From a virus (lineage: Duplodnaviria > Caudoviricetes): a DNA stretch of 34,418 bases. The notes under the pieces are model-generated. The model made no database searches, was not told where the DNA came from, and saw only the letters and a list, made by a program, of their open reading frames with translations. A program made the translations under genes and the position numbers. Shown here piece after piece: positions 27,716 through 34,418 of this stretch (its first letter is position 1; each line of letters begins with the position of its first letter). The stretch is from the IMG/VR virus record IMGVR_UViG_3300039208_000020, positions 1-34,418 of that record. One strand, written 5' to 3'.

Positions 27716-29485
27716 TTAAATCTTAAACCCCGGACGCAGGTCACTGTTAGTAATAATTTGTTTATTCTTATTACCCTCACCCATTCCTATAAGGTCTGGA
27801 GTATTACCACCAGCTGTTATGATTTGAGTTGTTGTCATTACACGTTTGTCTTTCTTATCTTTTAAATCAGATAAATTACATATCTTCATACCCAGTGCCA
27901 TAAAAGCAGAAGCATGGAAATAGTGGTCGTTATTTGTAAGCTTCTTCCACTCAGCTGGTTTGTCTGGTGTTTCATCACGAACCATATCTCTGATATGCTC
28001 CACATAGGTATCTTTATTGTGACCATACCCAGATATTTTCAAAGTTTGTTTTCTGATCTTAATAGCTAGGTTATCTAGGAACCAAGTTCTATTCACCTGC
28101 CCATGTGCCAAATCTCCGTAGTCATCATAGACCAAATTAAGCTCTTTAGTACCACGGTACTCCACTGGTAAAATCCTACCCCCACTTGCTCTAAATATGT
28201 CCCTTGATGTTGGCTCGTATGGATGTCGGTCAACAGACCCTCCTCTTACATTGTATTGTTCACAGATATTTGTAACCTCAGTTATAATGTCGTCGACGTG
28301 TACTGAGTACATTTTGAAAATATGCAGATCGTCTTCACTCGTACCTTTACCAAGGATGATGTGACAGGTTTGACCCATATCAATACCCACCCACACAGGT
28401 TCGCTTGAACTGACAGGGAGATCATATGCGAATTCTGTCATACATGCAAGGATAGTTTCTTTAGGAATTTGGATAGACCCATCAGAGTAAGGCTCACCCA
28501 ACACTGTGTTAAAGAAACCTCTCAAAAATTCTGTCTTTTGGTATCGCCATAATGATGTGACAATGTACTTTGGATCAAGTCTTGAGTTAACAAATGGTGT
28601 AACCTTATACCCTCGTGATGTTCTATTAGGGTATTTAGCTACCCACTGTCTCGTACTTACATCGTCAAGGTCTAATTTCTTATGACAATTCTCACATTTC
28701 ACATATGAGTTCTCCAAATCTATTTGATCTTGTAAGTCTATAGTAATCTTATGTAGCTCCTGTATTTCATCAGGTAACCCCGGAATGTGAATAAAGTCCC
28801 TAGTAAACTTAGGAATATTAAAATGCCCACACTCTTTACACTGACAAGCATATTCATGTTGGTCAGATGCTTGATAGTCAAGATCAACACCATAACTAGG
28901 GAATGTTGGTGTAGAGAACCTTTGTGATATACCAATATCTGAACCCTGTAGACGTGAGTTAAATAGGGAGATCATTTTCTGGTCGGACAAGTCCACCTCG
29001 TCGTTCATCACAACGTCAGCAGCAATAGATGTCGCAGCAGATTCAATAGCTGGTGTTATGTAAAGAAAGGATTGACCAAACTGCATCATGTCCACAGATC
29101 GTACTGCTTTATTCTCTCTATCATAAGCAGTGTTGAATACTTTATCCTTATCAACGATAGGTTTAATACGACCTTTAGAAATACGCTTAAACATATCCTC
29201 AGTAGGTAGGGTGAAAATCAAACTGGTTCCCTGATTACGTACTAGAAATGCCAATGCTTTTCTAATCTGTGCCTCAGTCAATCCAACCTGAGAGGGTTTA
29301 ATCACTGTCATATTGGGGTGCATATCATTAATAATGGCTTCTTGAAATTCATAGCCTTTTAATGAGAATGGCTTCGCCTTAATACTAGTGTTTTTCTCGA
29401 TCCACTCTGCCATTGGCATGTTAATGGCATCCTCAGAAAAACGGTCATCAACCTGCTCTATTAGCTTCTCTAGTAAATTTTCCAC
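27716..29485 (-). CDS. Terminase large subunit (lambda GpA-like)
   Basis: FQEAI, VIKPSQVGLTE (Walker A variant), VVMNDEVD (Walker B), FSTPT, two CxxC pairs, FFNTVLGEPY, GIDMG and DHYFHA nuclease motifs. GTG start with a GGGAG RBS. Confidence 0.93.
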   Translation of the reverse strand: MENLLEKLIEQVDDRFSEDAINMPMAEWIEKNTSIKAKPFSLKGYEFQEAIINDMHPNMTVIKPSQVGLTEAQIRKALAFLVRNQGTSLIFTLPTEDMFKRISKGRIKPIVDKDKVFNTAYDRENKAVRSVDMMQFGQSFLYITPAIESAATSIAADVVMNDEVDLSDQKMISLFNSRLQGSDIGISQRFSTPTFPSYGVDLDYQASDQHEYACQCKECGHFNIPKFTRDFIHIPGLPDEIQELHKITIDLQDQIDLENSYVKCENCHKKLDLDDVSTRQWVAKYPNRTSRGYKVTPFVNSRLDPKYIVTSLWRYQKTEFLRGFFNTVLGEPYSDGSIQIPKETILACMTEFAYDLPVSSSEPVWVGIDMGQTCHIILGKGTSEDDLHIFKMYSVHVDDIITEVTNICEQYNVRGGSVDRHPYEPTSRDIFRASGGRILPVEYRGTKELNLVYDDYGDLAHGQVNRTWFLDNLAIKIRKQTLKISGYGHNKDTYVEHIRDMVRDETPDKPAEWKKLTNNDHYFHASAFMALGMKICNLSDLKDKKDKRVMTTTQIITAGGNTPDLIGMGEGNKNKQIITNSDLRPGFKI

Positions 29486-29510
29486 TTGATCTCCCTTACT
29501 TTTTGAGGTA

Positions 29511-29524
29511 TTAATTTATATAGC
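29511..29524 (-). promoter_or_regulatory. Candidate late promoter/operator motif GCTATATAAATTAA
   Basis: In the 61-bp divergent gap upstream of terminase; near-identical copy at 23094-23107. Confidence 0.5.
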
Positions 29525-29546
29525 GTTAATTAAAGGTAAATACATT

Positions 29547-30011
29547 ATGCCCAAATTCTATCCAAAAATCGACGAAAAAAACTTGAAGCTCGTTTTACAG
29601 CTTCAAAGTGAAGACCCAGAGTATCTTAAATCAGACGAATGTCCATACTCTGAGGAGCTAAAGAGATTGTTCCAGATGAATAATCCATCGGCGGACTTCT
29701 CTGATGTCGAGATTAACTTAGATGAATTGACCAGTGAGGAGAATATCCTATCTGAGATTCAAGTCTTGTATGGTCAGTTGAAACATTTTGGGCAGAGTAT
29801 GCGTGAATCTGATACCGCATCAGAGAAAAACACCTACTTTAAATTAAGCGCAACACTATTAGAGAAATTAATCTCTATGAGGGAGAGAGTTGTTAATATT
29901 CAAAAGATGCAGTTGTTCTCCGACACTGTTCTACAGATACTGGAAGATGAAGTTCCAGTTGATGCTAGAACAAACATTATACAAAAATTAAAGAAAGTTG
30001 TTGACGAATGA
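29547..30011 (+). CDS. Hypothetical helical protein, possible terminase small subunit
   Basis: 154 aa, all-helical with a coiled C-half; adjacent but divergent to terL; no other TerS candidate in the window. Confidence 0.4.
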   Translation: MPKFYPKIDEKNLKLVLQLQSEDPEYLKSDECPYSEELKRLFQMNNPSADFSDVEINLDELTSEENILSEIQVLYGQLKHFGQSMRESDTASEKNTYFKLSATLLEKLISMRERVVNIQKMQLFSDTVLQILEDEVPVDARTNIIQKLKKVVDE

Positions 30012-30229
30012 TTCATTTAGTGCGATTAGTATTCTTCACGGTGATGTTCTTCATCGCCTATAGTTTATATCAGTTGTTTGAGGTTCAAATAGATAAGCTG
30101 TTGGCAAACGAAACATTTCGTGAAATAAGTGTTGCAGGATTGGTAGCCCTAGTTACGGTTATTGGTTATGCAATTTATGAAAATTGGGAGAAAAAAGAAG
30201 ATGACGGAGATATTCGGGAAGGAAGCTAA
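30008..30229 (+). CDS. Small two-TM membrane protein
   Basis: ATGA overlap with the upstream gene; two hydrophobic segments and a charged C-tail. Confidence 0.65.
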   Translation: MIHLVRLVFFTVMFFIAYSLYQLFEVQIDKLLANETFREISVAGLVALVTVIGYAIYENWEKKEDDGDIREGS

Positions 30230-32609
30230 GGCTTTCTACGATGCTGGTATACCAGTAATACCACTACATTATCACGAGAAGAAGCCAATCCCACCGGGTT
30301 GGAATGCTTGTGCCAAAACATTACCAGATAAAGCTACACAGGAACAGTGGATTCAGAACTATCCTAATGGAAACATTGGGTTGGTACTTGGTGAAGCTGC
30401 TGGTTTGTGTGCGATTGATATTGACTCGGCTGATCCTAAAGTGATTAAAGCCATTACTGATGTGCTTCCACCAACAGAGTGGGTGCGTGTGGGTCAAAAA
30501 GGGATGATGCTACTATATAAGCGTAACCCTAAGCTGAAAAACAGAAACATCGCTGACGAGAATGGTGAAATGGTTGTTGAGATACTATGTAACTCACGAC
30601 AAATGGTGCTACCACCTTCTGTTCACCCAAAAACTAAGAAGCCTTACACACAGAACAAACATCTGTTGGATGCATTACCAAACATCGTAATGTTACCAGA
30701 TGATATCGAAGATAAGATTCGTGCAAACCTAGGTAAAGTTATCAAACTAGCCGAGGGTGGTAACAAATATCGTCCAACAGAATACATCTCTCGTGGTGGT
30801 CGTGATAATATGATGACCCATCTAGCAGGTAGATACGCATTCGATATTCGTATGGGTAACCTGACAGTCGTTGAAGCTATCCGTTTCATTGAAAACTGGG
30901 CAGAAGTCAACGTTGAAAAGGTTGTCGGCGACAGTATCGACATTGATAAAGGTATTCACTCACTTGCTGGGTTTCTTATTGAAGATGTTCGTAAGGACGG
31001 AAAAATCCTACCTATAGGGTGGGATAGAGACCTATCAGAGGAAGATAAGAAGAAATTAGGCTTGGTTTTCGGTGACGACGACGAAGAGTGGGACTTCGAA
31101 CAGATGATTGACTTCCTCAAAACCAAATTTGAGACCACAAGTGACAATTCTACTGAGCGTAGAGAAGCGATCACATTTATTTTGAACAAGTTAGCACGTT
31201 CTCCCAACCCTGATGCCCTGATGGAATCTCGTCTATTCAAGTACATCCACAAGATGAACTCAGACGGGGTTACATCAGCGGCATACGAGAAGGAACTACG
31301 TAAAATGCGTAAGGGCCCTATCGAAGGAGACAATCACTTCGAGATCGCAGAAGCGGCAATCGAGAAATATGAATCTCGTGAAGGGCTTCTACGTTTCTGG
31401 GAAGGTGAGTTCTGGGTTTGGCGTGGAGATCACTGGCAGGAAGAGTCACAGGATAAGATTTCTGGATTCATTGCTAAGAACTTCGGCTCACTTGCTGCGG
31501 CGAAGAAGGCTAACGACCATAAAGGTATCGTTGATGTTATGAAAAAGCAACTGCCACAGGAGTTGACAGTCGATAGACCTATCGGTGTGAACTTCATTAA
31601 TGGGTTCGTTGACGAAAACTTACAGATTCACGATCACCATCCCGACCAAGGTATGACTTACGTGTTACCATATCGTTACATTCCAGAGAATGCAGGTAAC
31701 TTTCCTAAGTTCAATCAGCTGTTACACGGCTATTGGTCGGAAGATAGTGACTATGGTGATAAGGTTCGTGCCCTACAAGAGGGTATGTGTGCCACAGTTA
31801 TGGGTTTAGGTACTCGATATCAGAAGGCTTTTCTACTATATGGGCTTCCAAGTAGTGGAAAATCGCAACTATTGAACATTATCGAGGAATTAGTGCCTGA
31901 AACCATGAAATCTAACATGAAACCCGATATGTGGAAGAAAGAGGCTGCTGTTGTGCGTATGCACGACAAATTGCTGAATATCGCAGGAGAATTGCCTGAA
32001 AACGGCTATATTCCGGGAGATGTATTCAAAGAAGTGGTAACTGGTGAAAGTGTAGAGGGAAAGTTCCTATATAAGAACTTTTTCACGTTCAAACCACGTG
32101 CTATGCACTGGTTTGCGTCCAATTGGCTACCAAAATCCAGAGATTTTACTGATGGTTTCTTTAGACGTTGGCTAGTTCTGGACTTCCAGAGGGTTATTCC
32201 TGATGATGAAAAGGTACTAGACTTTGGTAAAATCATTGTCAAAGAGGAAATGGAAGCCATTATTGCTTGGGCGTTGGATGCTTATAAGACATTTAAGGAT
32301 CAAACGAACTACACAATTCCTAAGTCACACTATGACGCAGTGAATAAAATGCAGTCTATGAACAGTAGTGTCCTTGACTTCTTCCTAAACTTTAAAGGTT
32401 TGGAAGCGGGTCCTAAGTCACAGTGTTCGGCAGAAGAGTTACACAAGGCATACTACAATCACGTTACTGGTGATTATGGAAAACCTTACTCTTACAAGAG
32501 GTTTGTGTTGGAGGTGTCCATGATGACACCGAAAGCACGTGGATTTGATATTGTAGAAAGAGATGGGGAGACATGGTATGTTGGAATCAAGCCGAAAACT
32601 ACTAGTTAG
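30201..32609 (+). CDS. Bifunctional primase-polymerase (Prim-Pol) fused to D5/P4-type SF3 helicase
   Basis: VIPL...K.P...W, NIGLVLG...AIDID and VLPPSVHP.T..PY (Prim-Pol). Helicase Walker A GLPSSGKS, Walker B LNIAGE, motif C WFASN, D...GFFRRW. ATG 30201 with GGGAG upstream. Confidence 0.92.
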   Translation: MTEIFGKEAKAFYDAGIPVIPLHYHEKKPIPPGWNACAKTLPDKATQEQWIQNYPNGNIGLVLGEAAGLCAIDIDSADPKVIKAITDVLPPTEWVRVGQKGMMLLYKRNPKLKNRNIADENGEMVVEILCNSRQMVLPPSVHPKTKKPYTQNKHLLDALPNIVMLPDDIEDKIRANLGKVIKLAEGGNKYRPTEYISRGGRDNMMTHLAGRYAFDIRMGNLTVVEAIRFIENWAEVNVEKVVGDSIDIDKGIHSLAGFLIEDVRKDGKILPIGWDRDLSEEDKKKLGLVFGDDDEEWDFEQMIDFLKTKFETTSDNSTERREAITFILNKLARSPNPDALMESRLFKYIHKMNSDGVTSAAYEKELRKMRKGPIEGDNHFEIAEAAIEKYESREGLLRFWEGEFWVWRGDHWQEESQDKISGFIAKNFGSLAAAKKANDHKGIVDVMKKQLPQELTVDRPIGVNFINGFVDENLQIHDHHPDQGMTYVLPYRYIPENAGNFPKFNQLLHGYWSEDSDYGDKVRALQEGMCATVMGLGTRYQKAFLLYGLPSSGKSQLLNIIEELVPETMKSNMKPDMWKKEAAVVRMHDKLLNIAGELPENGYIPGDVFKEVVTGESVEGKFLYKNFFTFKPRAMHWFASNWLPKSRDFTDGFFRRWLVLDFQRVIPDDEKVLDFGKIIVKEEMEAIIAWALDAYKTFKDQTNYTIPKSHYDAVNKMQSMNSSVLDFFLNFKGLEAGPKSQCSAEELHKAYYNHVTGDYGKPYSYKRFVLEVSMMTPKARGFDIVERDGETWYVGIKPKTTS

Positions 32610-32853
32610 GAATACAGGACAGTACCTGTTAGTCGACCCACAAGACTGGGAGCTAGTCAAGGGCATCAGTTGGCGATTAGTTGATGGTGTTATTGAAGCT
32701 CCCAACGGTCTAACCTATGAAGAGGTCTGTAACTTTCCTCTTGATACCAAGAACAGATACGGGTATATATACAGCAAGATAAGAAAACATCTGATCCCCA
32801 AAGATAAAAGCTGGGAATTCTCAGAGTTTCATGGTAAATTCATACTTAAATAA
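32578..32853 (+). CDS. Small hypothetical protein resembling the N-terminus of HNH homing endonucleases (possible remnant)
   Basis: ATG 32578 with a GGGGAG RBS; LLVDPQDWELVKGISWR resembles the 'LVDxEDxxxVxxxxW' lead-in; no H-N-H core. Confidence 0.45.
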   Translation: MLESSRKLLVRNTGQYLLVDPQDWELVKGISWRLVDGVIEAPNGLTYEEVCNFPLDTKNRYGYIYSKIRKHLIPKDKSWEFSEFHGKFILK

Positions 32854-32881
32854 GAATTCTTTCTCTCCCAAGGAAGTGTGG

Positions 32882-32916
32882 CACCTCGATCAGAAATGGT
32901 CGAGGTGTTTTCTATT
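32882..32916 (+). terminator. Intrinsic terminator closing the replication operon
   Basis: CACCTCGATCA-GAAA-TGGTCGAGGTG (11-bp stem with one U-G pair, GNRA loop) followed by TTTTCTATT. Confidence 0.88.
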
Positions 32917-33270
32917 GTACAAATAGTCGGGTTCCTAATGTACAAATATACGGATTATACGGATAATACGTATTTTATGTATTATGTCGACGACATTCGT
33001 TTCGTCGACATCCTGTAAGTCTTTGGTAAAACTTATTTTACTACTATGGTAGCGACACTAGTGTCGGGGGCAAATATATTTGACCAGTTAGTGGAGGTGA
33101 CCCATTTGGTAAAATGTATTTGATTTTTGTAATAATATTTCAAGCGTGTTTTTGAAAATTTATTCAACACCTGACCTAGCATAATGATGGGCGTGGGCGA
33201 CTTAACATAATATAAAAACATAGTACCCTTGTTATGTTAAGTAAATAATTATAATAAAAGTGCATTTTAT
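32916..33270. repeat. Non-coding cluster of direct and inverted repeats (candidate origin or packaging/terminus region)
   Basis: TGTACAAATA x2; four tandem degenerate 9-mers; a 10-bp inverted repeat; 14-bp and 12-bp palindromes; an 11-bp inverted repeat. Confidence 0.65.
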
Positions 33271-33272
33271 GC

Positions 33273-33301
33273 TTGCATCTATTATATAGCTGTAGTATAT
33301 T
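33273..33301 (+). promoter_or_regulatory. Strong sigma70-type early promoter with AT-rich UP region
   Basis: TTGCAT (33273-33278)-17 bp-TATATT (33296-33301), with an A/T-rich tract upstream. Confidence 0.75.
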
Positions 33302-33435
33302 ATAAGTATAGATCGGGTTCGGGTTCACGCCCTGCCCCCTATACATAAATGAAGTAGGATAGTCCTATTGTCATAACCCTAGTTAGTGCCTTACATTAGA
33401 ATGTTCGAATCTAACACAAAAGAAAGAGTAAAACA

Positions 33436-34146
33436 ATGACTGACATTACATTCAATACAGCTAAAAAGCTAAAAGACGTACAGCCTAGCGACATAACACA
33501 AGGCTTTAAGTTTGAATCAGGTGTAGGAAACATAATCAAATGGTATATGATCGGCTTGTATATTACAAACGACAAAGTGCAATTAGAACAGTTTCACGCC
33601 CTGTTCAATAAAAACGGTTCACTTCATAACCGTAGAGCATATAAGACTGAGGCAAAAGCCGTTTATGAGGCTTTGAAAAGTGGAGAGATTAAAGTTAATA
33701 ATCTATCGCTTGCCGATTTGTCGAATATGGAGCCTATGACAATTGATGTTTCTGTAGGGGTTCTATATAAAGGTTTACCAAAAGCAGAAAAAGAGGTAAA
33801 TCCGAATAAAGAACGTCAAAAAGTTGCTAAACAAGCCCTAGCAAGTGAAAATATCAATACAGATGGTATTGTGACCGCTAAACAGCTTTTAGAGTTAGCA
33901 GATGGAGAAAGTCCTTTTGCCCCTATTGCACAACAAGCATTAGAACAGGCTGCCCATGAGTTACAATTAACAGCTTATAAAGCAGATTTTCCAGAATTAA
34001 ACACAGAAAACCTGCCTAAAATTGTTGAGGTAACAAAACAATACATGAGTGAGATGTATAGTACATTCCCTGCCGAGTTTAGCGAGATAGCTATGCACAT
34101 CATGGAGCTTGATACTAAACCAGTTGTGGAGAAGAAAGCGGCATAA
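33436..34146 (+). CDS. Hypothetical early protein (236 aa)
   Basis: First long ORF after the early promoter; no family recognised. Confidence 0.75.
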   Translation: MTDITFNTAKKLKDVQPSDITQGFKFESGVGNIIKWYMIGLYITNDKVQLEQFHALFNKNGSLHNRRAYKTEAKAVYEALKSGEIKVNNLSLADLSNMEPMTIDVSVGVLYKGLPKAEKEVNPNKERQKVAKQALASENINTDGIVTAKQLLELADGESPFAPIAQQALEQAAHELQLTAYKADFPELNTENLPKIVEVTKQYMSEMYSTFPAEFSEIAMHIMELDTKPVVEKKAA

Positions 34147-34178
34147 TAGCCTAACACTCACACAACATAAAAACCTAA

Positions 34179-34199
34179 CACGCCCCCATGTGGGGCGTG
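34179..34199 (+). other. GC-rich hairpin between early genes
   Basis: CACGCCCC-CATGT-GGGGCGTG, an 8-bp stem with no adjacent U-tract. Confidence 0.6.
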
Positions 34200-34239
34200 C
34201 TATACTGCGTCTTTCATTTTATAGATATGGAGGTTTAAA

Positions 34240-34418
34240 ATGTTTACGGATGAACAATATTCTGAACTCAAAAACGCATGTGCCCAAAATTCGGCATATA
34301 AGACCCCTACAGACGCTATAGGCAATTTTGGGGTTCTCCCCCGTGGAAAAGCAAAAACAGGCTGTGAGCCACGTTCACGCCCCAGTAAAGGCTATTCTGT
34401 GAGCGAGGTAAGGAGAGA
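34240..34418 (+). CDS. Hypothetical early protein (partial, runs off the window)
   Basis: GGAGG RBS, then ATG 34240: MFTDEQYSELKNACAQNSAYKTPTDAIGNFGVLPRGKAK..., open to the window end. Confidence 0.65.
   Translation, partial: MFTDEQYSELKNACAQNSAYKTPTDAIGNFGVLPRGKAKTGCEPRSRPSKGYSVSEVRR

Larger units (their letters stand above)
1..34418. mobile_element. Tailed bacteriophage (siphovirus morphotype) genome segment: complete morphogenesis and lysis module, replication gene and start of early region
   Basis: Canonical order terminase-portal-protease-capsid-neck-tail tube-chaperones-tape measure-tip-fibre-lysis. No sheath gene, no host housekeeping genes and no integrase in the window. Confidence 0.97.

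Noticed and set aside
30644-32705. Minus-strand ORFs inside the primase-helicase gene
   Set aside because: Antisense shadows with no independent support.
32916-33100. Repeat cluster as a mini-CRISPR array or tRNA
   Set aside because: The repeats are 9-14 bp without regular unique spacers, and there is no cloverleaf with T/D-loop consensus.
33033-33221. 62-aa minus-strand ORF in the non-coding region
   Set aside because: No RBS, overlaps the palindromic elements, and shows no recognisable protein features.
34179-34220. Hairpin as an intrinsic terminator
   Set aside because: The U-rich tract starts more than 10 nt after the stem, so it is kept only as an unassigned hairpin.
34109-34321. 70-aa + strand ORF from the track
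   Set aside because: It spans the intergenic hairpin and has no RBS; the frame starting at 34240 with GGAGG is more credible.
1-34418. Assignment of host genus, phage genus or lifestyle
   Set aside because: The RcGTA-like spike hints at an alphaproteobacterial host but is not diagnostic. The absence of an integrase in a partial genome does not establish a lytic lifestyle.

Overview
This window is about 34 kb of a tailed dsDNA siphophage with a lambda-type tail tip. Its host is probably Gram-negative, judging by a lipoprotein in the lysis cassette. Positions 1-29485 form a minus-strand late region. In transcription order it encodes: GpA-type large terminase, portal, an RcGTA-like head-spike base and a 947-aa spike fibre with two LamG/SGNH-esterase units, prohead protease/scaffold, decoration protein, major capsid, neck proteins, tail tube, G/GT chaperones joined by a -1 frameshift, tape measure, an M/L/K/I/J-type tip, tail fibre plus chaperone, and a four-gene lysis cassette. 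In the tip, K is split into NlpC/P60 and JAB genes, and an HTH-metallophosphoesterase sits between I and J. On the + strand, divergent from terminase, lie a possible small terminase, a small membrane protein and a Prim-Pol/SF3 primase-helicase. These are followed by a ~580-bp palindrome-rich non-coding region, a strong sigma70-type promoter and early genes. Items missing from the ORF track: an antisense ribbon-helix-helix gene inside the tail operon, the GT frameshift extension, two edge ORFs, a 14-bp motif shared by late module heads, and six copies of CACGCCC in the last 1.2 kb. I saw no integrase, tRNA, CRISPR array or reverse transcriptase. All family calls come from motif recognition by eye, not database searches.
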